64,000 nt of DNA from an uncultured bacterium (GCA_964575845.1 CAZNSX010000007.1:80772-144771), one strand, 5' to 3'. Numbered from the stretch's first letter, positions 37,974 to 47,826 are shown. Numbers and translations: made by a program. The notes: generated by a model from the letters alone, not told the origin.

Positions 37974-39866
37974 ATGAAGTTTGCCCTATCTGTACTACCC
38001 CTTTTCCTGCACTCCTTTCCCACGCCCCATTTGGGGCTTGCGTGCCTCGCGGCTTACCTGAAGAGCAGGGGCTTCAGGCCCCGGATAATAGACCTCCGGC
38101 ACGAGCGGAGCCCTTACGCTCTCGAGCTCTACTACTCCCAGCCCAACGCTCAGAGGCAGTTCGTGAGCGAAATCATGGAGTATCCCCTCCTGGCGTCTGT
38201 CCTCAAGAGGTATCTGAAGGGTCGAGATGCTGAGGAGATGCTCCGGGTGAGGGAGGATGACCCCATGCTGCAGGAGTGGGCTCTTGAGCGAACCCTTCTT
38301 CCCGAGGAGGTGGCCGCCAATCTGAGGAGGGCTCATCTCCTTCTGCGCAGAAGCCTGAGGCTTTTCAGGGACTATGAGGTGGTGGGGTTTTCCCTCTATC
38401 ACACAAACCTCTACCTGACGGCCGTCCTCGCCGCGCTCCTCAGGCGCGAAAACCCGTCCACCCTTCTTTTCTTCGGGGGCCCCCAGGTGACACAGAGTGC
38501 CCTGACGAGGGAGCTCCTCCTGGAGACCGGCCTTGCCCACGGGCTCGTGGTAGGTGAGGGAGAAGGGACGATGGCAGAGCTCCTGGGGCGTCTCAGGGCG
38601 GGCCTCTCCTGGGAGGATATTCCAGGCCTCCTTACCCAGAAAAACCGGAACGGCGAGGAGCCCTGCGAGAGCCCCCCGGTGAGAGACCTCGATGAACTTC
38701 TGGTGCCTGATTTCGAGGAGTTCTCTCTCGGCCGGTTCGTCCCTTTCACCCTTCCCCTTTATGCCAGCCGGGGCTGCCCCTACCGGTGCAGCTTCTGCTC
38801 CGAGCGCGACCTTCTGGGCCCCTACCGCCGCAGGAGCCCGGGCAGGGTGGTCGAGGATATGAGGGCACTCGGCCGGCGCTTCAGGACGCGCCTTTTCATA
38901 TTCGCAGACAGCATGCTCAACGGCTCCCCAAAATGGCTCGAGGAGTTTGCCGATAGACTCACCCGCGAGCGGGGAGGCTTCCTCTGGGGTGGAAACTTCA
39001 AGGCCAGGCTCGATGGGGCCACCGTGAGGAAGCTCAAGCGGGCCGCCCTGAACCATGCGGAGATGGGGGTTGAGTCCTTCGCTGATTACACCCTGGAGCT
39101 AATGAACAAGCGCCAGACCTCGAGTGAGAGCCTCGCAACCCTGGAGCGGCTGTTGAAGTCGGGCATCTCTGTCAAGCTCAACATCATAACTGGCTTTCCC
39201 TCCGAGAGCGCCCGCGATTTTTCCGCCACCCTTTCGGCCTGCCGTGAGCTGAGGAGGCAGTTTTGCGGGCGTGACGGCAGGGCCTCCCTCTACATCCAAG
39301 TCCAGCCCTTTCAGCTTAGGCCCTCCTCGGCCATGTACAGGGACCCCGAGCGCTTCGGTCTCGGGGTGGAGGGCTGGAGGGGCCCGAGGGGCCTCCCTCT
39401 GGATTCGCGCCTAAAGCGCCTTGGAGAGCGGCTGCCCTACACCTTCACCGTAAAGGGGCTCGACCCGGCCGAGAGCCACCACCGCTACGAGCTCCTCCAT
39501 AAGGTGAGCCGCGGTACGGACTACCCCGGCCGCTTCAGGCGGGCTCTTGAGAAGGTGGTGCGGGAGAGCCTTAAGGGCACCGACCGGGTTCGGCTCGCTC
39601 CGGAGGGGAACTTCCGCTGCGAGGTTCAGCCGGAGGGTGGAGATAGGGTCCGCCTCATGCATCGCAAGGATTTCATGGGCTTCTCCCTCACCCTCGACGC
39701 CCTGGGAAAGAAAATGGTGCAGGAGCTAGGGAGGGAGCGGGAGGTGGGGGAGCTTCTGAGAGAGCTTAAGGGCCAGTTCCCCGGCCGGGGGGAGGAGGAG
39801 ATGAAGGGGATCTTGAGCCGCCTCGCCGCCCTCAACTTCGTGAAAATAACCTGCTCGAAATCCTGA
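37974..39866 (+). CDS. B12-binding-domain radical SAM enzyme with a PqqD-like (RRE-like) C-terminal domain
   Basis: Starts at the ATG at 37974 (MKFALSVLP...). The B12-like N-domain has PHLGLACLAAYLKSRGF. The radical SAM motif is ASRGCPYRCSFC. The last approximately 90 aa (FSLTLDALGKKMVQELGREREVGELLRELKGQFPGRGEEEMKGILSRLAALNFVKI) follow the PqqD / RiPP-recognition-element pattern. Confidence 0.8.
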   Translation: MKFALSVLPLFLHSFPTPHLGLACLAAYLKSRGFRPRIIDLRHERSPYALELYYSQPNAQRQFVSEIMEYPLLASVLKRYLKGRDAEEMLRVREDDPMLQEWALERTLLPEEVAANLRRAHLLLRRSLRLFRDYEVVGFSLYHTNLYLTAVLAALLRRENPSTLLFFGGPQVTQSALTRELLLETGLAHGLVVGEGEGTMAELLGRLRAGLSWEDIPGLLTQKNRNGEEPCESPPVRDLDELLVPDFEEFSLGRFVPFTLPLYASRGCPYRCSFCSERDLLGPYRRRSPGRVVEDMRALGRRFRTRLFIFADSMLNGSPKWLEEFADRLTRERGGFLWGGNFKARLDGATVRKLKRAALNHAEMGVESFADYTLELMNKRQTSSESLATLERLLKSGISVKLNIITGFPSESARDFSATLSACRELRRQFCGRDGRASLYIQVQPFQLRPSSAMYRDPERFGLGVEGWRGPRGLPLDSRLKRLGERLPYTFTVKGLDPAESHHRYELLHKVSRGTDYPGRFRRALEKVVRESLKGTDRVRLAPEGNFRCEVQPEGGDRVRLMHRKDFMGFSLTLDALGKKMVQELGREREVGELLRELKGQFPGRGEEEMKGILSRLAALNFVKITCSKS

Positions 39867-40015
39867 GGCCACCTTCTCCGGAAATTATGAGATCGGGCGG
39901 GAGGCGGGGACTTTCCCGATATTGATAATTCAGGAGAGGGGGGGCCTCCTCCTCTCAAGCCCGGAGACCGGGAGAGGAAGGGCGCAAGCGGGAGAGCTCC
40001 CCTTTGTTTCCGCCC

Positions 40016-41596
40016 CTAGCCGCCGTCTCCTCCGGTATATTTCACCCCGTAAAGATAGATGCGCTGGTCGGGCCTGGGCTGCCAGGCGATGCGCTCGCTC
40101 ACGCCGTAGAGGTCGTATTGCATCCAGAGGAAAACCCAGGGCGCCTCATCGTGGATGATATCCTGGAGTTCATGGATGAGCCGGACGCGCTCTATCTTGT
40201 TGAAGGTAACCAGGAGCTTTGCATATTTCTGCTCGAATTCTTCATTGTACCAACCTGTCAGGTTCGCAAAGAGCTTATTGTGCAGGATGCCCACATCGGC
40301 TTCGCCGTCGAAGCCTGAACCGAAGCCCAGGAGAAAGAGGGGGTCCGGATTGCGCTCCCTGTAACGCTTCACGGTGTAGACGGCCCACTCCAGGGGGACC
40401 ACCTCCACGTAAAGGCCTATCCTTTTGAAATCGGCCGCGACGGCCTGGGCCATCTCCTCATCCTTGAGGTAGCGGCCCACGGGAGTATCCAGGAGCACCT
40501 TGAAGGGTTTGCCGTCCCGGTCTATGAACCCGTCGCCGTCAGAGTCCCTGAGGCCCGCCTCCCTGAGGAGCTCTCTTGCCTTATCAGGGTCATAGGGATA
40601 TGCCCTTAGGCGTGGGTCGTTGAAGGGCGGGTTCACGATGGTTGCCATCTTCTTGCCCACCCCCCCCAGGAGGAACTTGGAGATGGCTTCGAAGTTGACG
40701 GCGTAGTTGAGAGCCTGCCGCACGCGCTTGTCTCCGAAGGGCCACCTGTCGCAACGAATGCCCAGGTGGATACGGCGTCCCCCCTGTATGGCCGCAAGCC
40801 TCGCTCCCTTGGCCCGGCGGATGATGTCAGCCTGCTCCGGGGAGACGTTCACTATGATGTCCGCGCCTCCGGTCTCAAGCTCGGCCACCCGCGCGGATGC
40901 CTCCGGCACCGGCCGCCAGATGATGGTCTTCACATCTGGCACACCGCGCCAGTAATCCTCAAAGGCCTCCATCCGGATGTGATCGTCCTTAACCCATTCC
41001 ACCAACCGGTAAGGGCCAGTGCCCACAGGCTGGCGGGTCACCTCCCGGGGGGAGAGCCTGCTGTAATATCCTGGCGCCAGGATGTATGCGTTGACGAGCC
41101 AGGGGAGCATGTTGGGGACAGGCTCCTTCGTGTGTATCCTCACGGTGTAATCATCCAATATCTCCGTCCTATCCAGGGAGATGTGCCTGGGAACCGTGAG
41201 CGTAACCTTAACTTCGGGGTCCAGCATCCGGTCGAAGGTGAATTTCACAGCCCGCGCATCAAAGGGCTCCCCGTTGTGAAACTTCACCCCTTTGCGCAAC
41301 TTGAAGGTCCAGGCCAGGCCGTCCTCGGAAATGGACCAGGATGTCGCAAGCGCCGGCTCTATCTCCATCTTCCAGTTGCGGAAGACGAGCGAATCGAACA
41401 TGTTGAGCAAAAAGGAAAGCTCGATGCTTGAGGTATAGAACTGGGGGTCGAGTTTATTGGCGTCAACCCCCACAAGAACCACTGCGGGTTTGGGCGACTT
41501 GGCACCGAGCGCGGGGGTGGAAAGGAGGGCCATGGCGAGAAAAAACCCGGCCGCAAGGAAAACAGAAGGACGGCTCTTCATAGCTTCAGCCCTCAT
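40016..41596 (-). CDS. ABC transporter substrate-binding protein, family 5 (peptide/nickel type)
   Basis: A signal peptide, LV....W....LA.SWE.S.DG..WTF.LRKGVKFHNGEPF.A..V.F, and a size of 526 aa. There are no adjacent permease or ATPase genes. Confidence 0.85.
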   Translation of the reverse strand: MRAEAMKSRPSVFLAAGFFLAMALLSTPALGAKSPKPAVVLVGVDANKLDPQFYTSSIELSFLLNMFDSLVFRNWKMEIEPALATSWSISEDGLAWTFKLRKGVKFHNGEPFDARAVKFTFDRMLDPEVKVTLTVPRHISLDRTEILDDYTVRIHTKEPVPNMLPWLVNAYILAPGYYSRLSPREVTRQPVGTGPYRLVEWVKDDHIRMEAFEDYWRGVPDVKTIIWRPVPEASARVAELETGGADIIVNVSPEQADIIRRAKGARLAAIQGGRRIHLGIRCDRWPFGDKRVRQALNYAVNFEAISKFLLGGVGKKMATIVNPPFNDPRLRAYPYDPDKARELLREAGLRDSDGDGFIDRDGKPFKVLLDTPVGRYLKDEEMAQAVAADFKRIGLYVEVVPLEWAVYTVKRYRERNPDPLFLLGFGSGFDGEADVGILHNKLFANLTGWYNEEFEQKYAKLLVTFNKIERVRLIHELQDIIHDEAPWVFLWMQYDLYGVSERIAWQPRPDQRIYLYGVKYTGGDGG

Positions 41597-41671
41597 ATCG
41601 TCAAAGAACCAAAAGTGGGGGGCCGGATCCCTTCTTTCATCCCGAAATAGCCTTTAGCGAGCAGCCGGTGC

Positions 41672-42145
41672 TCATTCCACCCTCACAAGCGCCTGAGCCT
41701 CCCAGAGACCATGGAGGTTACAGCGCTCAAGTGCCAGAAGGCTCACCGACTTCTCAAGCCTCACGCTCAAGGTGGCCGCGGGGTTTGAGAACCGGTGGAA
41801 GAGGTCCAAGCGGGCGATGGGTTCATTTCCCGCAAAGAGCTCTATGTACTGGATATAGTGGGGCGGCGTCATGACGTGGAGTCTTTTTCCCACCTCTATG
41901 CGCACCTCGAAGGGCTCCCCTTTCTTCACCCTTGCAGGAGCGGTAATCACGGGAGCGTGGGTGAGCTCTAGCCCCTGTGGAGCCATCGGGTCTCGTGCCC
42001 GGTTTATCCCCTCAAATAGGGAGGGATCCACCCGGACATCGTAGATGGTCTCTGAGGCCCCTGCGGGCCGGGCCCCGAGAGTCGTGAGGGCCGCAGCTCC
42101 GGCCACGAGCCTTCCGAATTGCCTTCTGCTCAGCATTTCCTTCAT
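41672..42145 (-). CDS. TAT-exported desulfoferrodoxin/superoxide-reductase-like (SORL) protein
   Basis: A twin-arginine signal (SRRQFGRLVAGAAAL) and SOR-like motifs H.PVI, H.M....HYI.YIEL and CNLHGLWE. Confidence 0.6.
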   Translation of the reverse strand: MKEMLSRRQFGRLVAGAAALTTLGARPAGASETIYDVRVDPSLFEGINRARDPMAPQGLELTHAPVITAPARVKKGEPFEVRIEVGKRLHVMTPPHYIQYIELFAGNEPIARLDLFHRFSNPAATLSVRLEKSVSLLALERCNLHGLWEAQALVRVE

Positions 42146-42661
42146 CTTGGGTCCTCCCCGACTCCCCCTTCAACCCTGGGGGGGGCATCCGCCCTCAGCT
42201 CTTCCCAGCCCTTGAGGATATACCTTTCCCCATCCACTTCCCCTATCAAGAGGCCATGGGTGCATAGCTCACCCAAGGCCTTGAGTACCTCCCCGCAGTC
42301 CCCATCCTCAAGCTCGGCGGGGATGTCATAAAAGATAAGGCCTTGTTGGCCCGTGCGAGCTTCCCCTGCGCAGCCAAGAATTCTCTCCTTCTCGAAGGCT
42401 CTGCTCGGACGGGAAAGGTGGGCTCAACTTCCGCCAATCCTAACACAGGGGTTCCTTCCACTTCAATTCTCCCGGATTAGAGAAATAAATTCATAACACG
42501 AAACTCTCACTTTTTCTCTTGCTAACCCCAAGGGATCGCCTTATATTTCGCGTAAGCTTCCTTCGTGGCGCCGAATTCATTGCCTTCCAGGGGGAGGTGG
42601 TTCATCCATCTTAGCGTTTCCCTTTTGAACGGCCTCGATATCCTACGTCAGGAGGTGAGCC

Positions 42662-42913
42662 ATGCCTGAGACGCCAGTCGGGAAAGTGTCCCACTACTTC
42701 GCTAAGATCGGTGTAGCCGCAATCGAGATCCAAGGAGAAATGAACGTGGGCGACCGCATCCGCATCGCTGGCCACAGCACGGATTTCGAGCAGGAGGTCG
42801 AGTCCATGCAGCTTGAGCATGAGTTCATCCAGAAGGCGGAAACGGGCCAGTCGGTGGGGATCAAGGTGGTCGAACGCGTGAGGGAGGGGGATGTAGTCTA
42901 TAAGATAACTTAG
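42662..42913 (+). CDS. small EF-Tu-domain-2-like beta-barrel protein ('translation elongation factor-like protein')
   Basis: An 83-aa protein, VGKVSHYFAKIGVAAIEI.G.M.VGD.I.I.G......Q.V.SMQ.....I..A..G..VGIKV. The pattern is recalled from small stand-alone homologues. Confidence 0.45.
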   Translation: MPETPVGKVSHYFAKIGVAAIEIQGEMNVGDRIRIAGHSTDFEQEVESMQLEHEFIQKAETGQSVGIKVVERVREGDVVYKIT

Positions 42914-43155
42914 CCCCCCAGAGGCCAAATTTTTGGGCATAATCCATCCCCAAGTCTTACCCCCAGCCCTTGGCGGGGGTAATTTTTTCCTTCCCCTCGC
43001 CGCAATTTAACCGTTCAATGGTTTCAAAAGGCTGCAACCGGAGGAGAGGAAGCCCCTGCGGCCGTCCCGGCCACCCGCCGGGGGAATGAAGGCCCTCAGA
43101 TGATATGTCTCCTGCGACGGAGGTTCCGCAAATCGCGAACCTTCGGGGGGATTCA

Positions 43156-44076
43156 ATGCGGAAGCTGAATTTAAAGACCCCCCTTCTCAACGCGAGCGGT
43201 GTTTTCTCCTTCATAGATGTCTTCGAGCGGCTTGAGGAGCTGGGAGCTCCCTTCGGTGCCTTCGTAACAAAATCCGCCGGCCCGAGGGAGCAGCTCGGCA
43301 ACGAGAACCCCGTGGTCTATGACACGGGAGCGGTGATGCTGAACTCCCTTGCGCTTCCCTGCCAGGCCCCGGAAGACCTGGCGGAGGAGCTTAAGATGAG
43401 CCGCCTCAGGACACCCCTCATCGTGTCTGTCTTCGGCTCTTCAGCCGGGGAATATGCGGAGGTCACGGCCAAGCTCGAGGCTTACGCCTCCGGGATAGAG
43501 CTTAATCTGAGCTGTCCCAATTTCATCCCCGGCGAGGAGAGCCTAATGCGCATCGTGGGCCAGGACCCGGAGCTCGTGTCCCTGGCCGTGGGAGCCGCAC
43601 GGGGGGCCACGGATAAGCCCTTGATCGCCAAGCTCACCCCAAATGCCGACTATCTCCCCGTGGCCCGCGCGGCGGAAGAGGCGGGGGCCGATTATCTCGC
43701 GTGCGCGAACACTCTGGGCCCCGGCCTCGCGCTCGACATTTACTCCCGCCGCCCGGTCCTGGCCGGGCTCTATGGCGGGCTCTCGGGCCCGGCCGTCCGG
43801 CCCATCACCCTCAAGATGGTCTGGGAGGTCTATAAGGCGGTAAAAATTCCCATCATCGCGTATGGCGGGATTGCGAAGTGGGAAGATGCCGTCGAGTATG
43901 CCCTTGCGGGCGCGAGCCTCTTCGGGCTCGGGACCTGCTTCTCCTATAAGACGACAGAGGAGGTCGTCGCGCTCACCCATGAGATAGCCCGCGGGATAGA
44001 GGGCTACCTCGCGGGCCGCCCCCTCGAGAAGATAGTGGGGTGTGCCTGCCAGCAGGCAGGGGGAGCCCATGGCTGA
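43156..44076 (+). CDS. pyrD: dihydroorotate dehydrogenase, class 1B catalytic subunit
   Basis: L.TPLLNASG, ELNLSCPN and GGI....DA.E...AGAS motifs. The start is set at the ATG at 43156. Confidence 0.85.
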   Translation: MRKLNLKTPLLNASGVFSFIDVFERLEELGAPFGAFVTKSAGPREQLGNENPVVYDTGAVMLNSLALPCQAPEDLAEELKMSRLRTPLIVSVFGSSAGEYAEVTAKLEAYASGIELNLSCPNFIPGEESLMRIVGQDPELVSLAVGAARGATDKPLIAKLTPNADYLPVARAAEEAGADYLACANTLGPGLALDIYSRRPVLAGLYGGLSGPAVRPITLKMVWEVYKAVKIPIIAYGGIAKWEDAVEYALAGASLFGLGTCFSYKTTEEVVALTHEIARGIEGYLAGRPLEKIVGCACQQAGGAHG

Positions 44077-44809
44077 GGGCTACCTCCCCCGCCGCGTCGT
44101 GCAAAACCGTCGCGAGAGCCGCACCACCTCAACCCTTTTCTTCGAGCCCCCCCTAGAGCCCGAGCCCGGCCAGTTCGTCATGGCCTGGCTTCCAGGCCTC
44201 GGGGAGAAGCCCTTCAGCCTCTCTTACAGGGACGCCATCACCGTGCGTGCGGTGGGCCCTGTGACAGAGGCCCTAACTGCCCTGAAGGCAGGAGACCGCC
44301 TCTGGCTGAGGGGTCCTTACGGGAAAGGATTTCCACAAGGCGATGGCTATCTGCTCCTGGGAGGAGGCTGCGGGATTGCCGCGCTTAGGCTCCTGGCCGA
44401 GAGGACGCCTAACCCCACGGTCCTCCTGGGCGCAGAAACAAAGGAGGAACTTCTTTTCCTTGAGGAGTTTCAGTCCCTTGGCGAGGTGCGGGTCGCAACA
44501 GAGGACGGGAGCCTGGGCCACAAGGGGCTTGTGAGCGAGCTTCTGCCGGCGGAAGGGAAGCTCTTGGCCGTGTGCGGGCCAGAGGGGATGCTGGTTGCCG
44601 CCAGAGAGCGGCTGGAGCAGCCTCCCGAGAGGATCTTCTACTGCCTTGAGAGGTACATGAAGTGCGGCATGGGCCTCTGCGGCCACTGCACCTGCTCGGG
44701 CTGGAGGGTATGCATCGACGGCCCCGTCTTTGACGGAATGCGGGTCGCCTCCATGGGCGATCTCGGCCGCCGCCGGAGGGCCCGCAGCGGAAAGTGGGAG
44801 AGGTTTTGA
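44069..44809 (+). CDS. pyrK: dihydroorotate dehydrogenase electron-transfer subunit
   Basis: An FNR-like fold and a C-terminal 2Fe-2S motif, MKCGMGLCGHCTC. It overlaps the pyrD stop. Confidence 0.8.
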   Translation: MAEGYLPRRVVQNRRESRTTSTLFFEPPLEPEPGQFVMAWLPGLGEKPFSLSYRDAITVRAVGPVTEALTALKAGDRLWLRGPYGKGFPQGDGYLLLGGGCGIAALRLLAERTPNPTVLLGAETKEELLFLEEFQSLGEVRVATEDGSLGHKGLVSELLPAEGKLLAVCGPEGMLVAARERLEQPPERIFYCLERYMKCGMGLCGHCTCSGWRVCIDGPVFDGMRVASMGDLGRRRRARSGKWERF

Positions 44810-44819
44810 GGAAGGCCCT

Positions 44820-45893
44820 TCAGAGCTTGAACTCAAGGCCCACGCCTTCCGCCACCTGCCGCAGCTTCTCCACGACGAGGGAATTCAGCTTTATCCCCTC
44901 CTTTCGCGAGATGGCCTCGGCCTCAAACTCGGGCTCGCCCGCCACATAGACCCGCTCCCTCCCCGGCGCCTTGGCGGAGCGCTTCATCTCACTCAAGGCC
45001 TCATCAACCGCGTCCTTGAACTCCCACGCGGGCCTGAAGCCACCCACCCTTAGTGCTCCGAAGAAGTGGCCCACGCCCGCGCCGGGTGCCTTGGGGTCGA
45101 AGACGGAAGTGAGCTTGCGGCCGAAGCTCGCCCCGGAGAGCGGGCCCGAAAGTAGGTCAACCATGAGGGCGAGCCCGTAGCCCTTGTGGCCCCCGAGTTC
45201 CTTTGTCCAGCCGAGCGGAAGATGGAGCACGCTCATGGGGATCATCCCACGGTGGTCAAGCTCTAACTTCTCCCCCGTCTCAAAGACCCAGCCCTCGGGG
45301 ACCGGTTTTCCCTGGCGCAGGGCCACCTCTATCTTCCCGGAGGAGACGGCGCTTGTCGCCATGTCGAGCACAAAATGGGGCTCCCGGCCCGCGGGTATCG
45401 CAATGCTGAAGGGGTTAGTGCCCAGCATCCCCTCCCGGCCCCAGAGGGGGACGACCCTGGGACTCGCGTTACTCAGCGCAATTCCCACCATGTCATGCGG
45501 GAGGGCCATCATCGAGTAGTAGCCCGCGATCCCGAAGTGGCAGCTATTCTTCACCGCCACAAATCCCGCGCCGAGCTCCTCCGCCTTCCTTATGCACTCC
45601 TTCATCGCCCTGACGCCCGCCAGCATGCCGAGGCCGTTCGCCGCGTCCAGAAGGGCCGTCGCAGGGGAGAAGGAGGTGAGCTCCATCATGGGGCGGGGGT
45701 TTATCTTCCCCTCCCACATTCTCCCGATGTAGTAGGGGAGGCGGGCGACGCCGTGGGAGCTTATCCCCCTCAAGTCCGCGGAGATGAGCACATCTGCGGA
45801 GGTGCCCGCATCGGCCTCCGGCACGCCCTGGCGCCTGAAGACCTCCTCGACGAAAGACCTCAGATTCTCTTCCTTTACGGTATGCTCTGACAT
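44820..45893 (-). CDS. Ldh_2 family (malate / L-lactate / sulfolactate-type) dehydrogenase
   Basis: SADLRGISSHGV.RLP.Y, N.CHFG.AGYY and G.HKGYGLA... motifs. The start is set at the ATG at 45893. Confidence 0.8.
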   Translation of the reverse strand: MSEHTVKEENLRSFVEEVFRRQGVPEADAGTSADVLISADLRGISSHGVARLPYYIGRMWEGKINPRPMMELTSFSPATALLDAANGLGMLAGVRAMKECIRKAEELGAGFVAVKNSCHFGIAGYYSMMALPHDMVGIALSNASPRVVPLWGREGMLGTNPFSIAIPAGREPHFVLDMATSAVSSGKIEVALRQGKPVPEGWVFETGEKLELDHRGMIPMSVLHLPLGWTKELGGHKGYGLALMVDLLSGPLSGASFGRKLTSVFDPKAPGAGVGHFFGALRVGGFRPAWEFKDAVDEALSEMKRSAKAPGRERVYVAGEPEFEAEAISRKEGIKLNSLVVEKLRQVAEGVGLEFKL

Positions 45894-46151
45894 TTCGATT
45901 GGCCTCCCTGAAAAAGAGCGCCCCCTCCGAATAATATAAAAGGGGGCCTTTGTCAACGGGAGCGCCTTCAGCCGGGCGGGGCACGGCCGCGCCCCCGATA
46001 CCCGATTGGCGCGCAAGGGCGTTCCTGTTGAAAGCTACCCCCGGCGTTGCTATCATAGCTCAGACTTCAGGTTATTCTCCTCAGCCGCAGCCGCCCTTTG
46101 CCCCCTGGAGCGGCCGGCTCCCGGCCTCAAGGGGGCGGATGGAGGCTCAAG

Positions 46152-46391
46152 ATGAAGGTCGCATACATACTCGTCAGGGTCTCGCCCGGCCACATCGAGG
46201 AAGTGGCCTCGCACCTCACGTCCATAAAGCAGATAATGGAAGTCTATGCCATAAGCGGCGAGTACGACATCATCGCCAAGGCCCTCATGGAAAACTATGA
46301 CGAGATAATCGACATAGTCCCCCACGGCGTCCAGCGCGTAAAGGGGGTTGAAAGGACGAATACCTTATTTACTTTTAGTGCGTTTATGTAG
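46152..46391 (+). CDS. stand-alone Lrp/AsnC ligand-binding (RAM) domain protein
   Basis: MKVAYILVRV.PG....V...L..I..I.EVYAISGEYDII.K; 79 aa; GGAGG upstream. Confidence 0.6.
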   Translation: MKVAYILVRVSPGHIEEVASHLTSIKQIMEVYAISGEYDIIAKALMENYDEIIDIVPHGVQRVKGVERTNTLFTFSAFM

Positions 46392-46723
46392 AGGGGGGGG
46401 TTGGGGGAAGGAGGGTCAGGGGGGGCATTCGCGGGCCGCTGACTGCCAAACTTATGGCGGGAACGGCTGTTCGGGCTGCAGTCCCTAGGCCAGGGGCAAA
46501 GGATCACTGACCAGTAATTTTAGCCTCATTATACTCCACAGAGAACAGCTCACTCACTCCACCACAGCTGCCGGGATGGCGGAGGAATTTCAGGACCGTG
46601 CGGGGGCAGGGTTGCTCTGACAGATGTATTTCGGGGAGACATTTTTCTGTATTTCTAAAAAGACCCCTGCACGATAAGGCATGCAGATAATTCGGAGTTT
46701 TTACCTCTTGAGCTTCCAGGTCA

Positions 46724-47359
46724 TCATTTGGGCCACGCCTCTTTGCAGCGGAAATTGTTACACACGCGCCTATTTTCGTGGATATGGAGGCCTAATTTAG
46801 CGACAACTGACGGAAAGAGTGCTTCCAAAATTTCAGACGCAATCGCGATTGCTTTTGTCGCCTCCTCCTTGGAGACCAGGTCGGCTTGGTGAATAATCTT
46901 GTTACGTCGCTGCTGGAGCTCTTGCATCTCCTCCCAAAGAGGTTTCGAAGATCCGGAGCGCTTAAAGCTTTTAAGATCAACGCCGCCATATTCAGACAGA
47001 ATCCGAAATAAGGGATCGTTAAATTTGCTCAAGCTGGTGTACCTGATTACCAGGTCAGCGATGATTCCTGCTATCGATTCGCTGTGAACGAGGCCATACA
47101 CCACTGGCTTGAGCAACGTAACTTTGAGTCCCACTTCGACAGCGATAGCCGCAAATATGTGCGCAGCCGTAAAATGCTCGGGAAGGAGGCGGCGGGCTTC
47201 GGCTAGTGAGCGCAAGGGAGCCTCAGCAACCAGCGGATTAGCCACATAGAATGACTGCAAACGTTCAGCGGTGAATTCTTCGATCGCCAGCACTCTATGC
47301 TCCTGATACAATTCAATTATCCACTCCTCATAACGAGCCTCTTCCTCCGTCATGGACAT
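46724..47359 (-). CDS. uncharacterised protein with an RNxxxH (HEPN-type) motif
   Basis: An all-helical 211-aa protein with the motif LQQRRNKIIHQAD (R-x4-H, with Asn after Arg) near the C-terminal third. GGAGGG lies 6 nt before the ATG at 47359. It is in an AT-richer segment. Confidence 0.6.
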   Translation of the reverse strand: MSMTEEEARYEEWIIELYQEHRVLAIEEFTAERLQSFYVANPLVAEAPLRSLAEARRLLPEHFTAAHIFAAIAVEVGLKVTLLKPVVYGLVHSESIAGIIADLVIRYTSLSKFNDPLFRILSEYGGVDLKSFKRSGSSKPLWEEMQELQQRRNKIIHQADLVSKEEATKAIAIASEILEALFPSVVAKLGLHIHENRRVCNNFRCKEAWPK

Positions 47360-47380
47360 ATACAACCCTCCACGAAATCC

Positions 47381-47445
47381 TAGCCGGGTAGGTCACGGCT
47401 GCGCCGTGACCCTTGCTAACGGTGAGGCGCAGCCTCACCCTACCC
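47381..47445. repeat. composite palindromic intergenic element, copy a (module A + module B)
   Basis: tagccGGGTAGGTCACGGCtgcGCCGTGACCcttgctaacGGTGAGGCgcaGCCTCACCCTACCC. It has two perfect hairpins and terminal inverted GGGTAGG / CCTACCC. The TAG stop of the 90-aa ORF lies inside it. Confidence 0.85.
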
Positions 47446-47712
47446 CGCTTCCTCAATCTTTTCCCACTCCGCGCCCTCTCCATCAGGTCTGATGCAATGT
47501 CTCGCCCCGTTATCAAAAACAACTAGAGCACAAAAATCAGGCGTAATCTCCTGGCCCTCATAAGGCTCATGAGGAATTATTTCGACTACTGTTCCTTTCA
47601 CACCTTTCTCTAACCAAACCCCATTCGGCCAGGGCTCCTCCGATACTTTCAGGTCCCAACGCCATTTCCCGCCGATCCATTCCACTCTATCATCCTTCTT
47701 GAGAAAAGGCAT
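47440..47712 (-). CDS. small hypothetical protein, probably beta-rich and SH3-like
   Basis: A 90-aa protein. AAGGAGG lies 7 nt before the ATG at 47712. KGVKGTVVEIIPHEPYEGQ...ALVVFDNG is reminiscent of small DUF4926-type proteins (recollection only). Confidence 0.55.
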   Translation of the reverse strand: MPFLKKDDRVEWIGGKWRWDLKVSEEPWPNGVWLEKGVKGTVVEIIPHEPYEGQEITPDFCALVVFDNGARHCIRPDGEGAEWEKIEEAG

Positions 47713-47739
47713 CTTCACTCCTCCTTTATCTATGTGTAT

Positions 47740-47811
47740 AAGCCGGCTAGGTCATAGCTGCGGCGCGCTCAGTATTTTCATACAATCCTGGGGTGAAACC
47801 TCAGCCTACCT
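47740..47811. repeat. composite palindromic element, copy b (degenerate)
   Basis: aagccGGCTAGGTCATAGCTGCGGCGCGCTCAG...caatcctGGGGTGAAACCTCAGCCTACCT. Confidence 0.7.
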
Positions 47812-47826
47812 GACTATCATTTCAAA

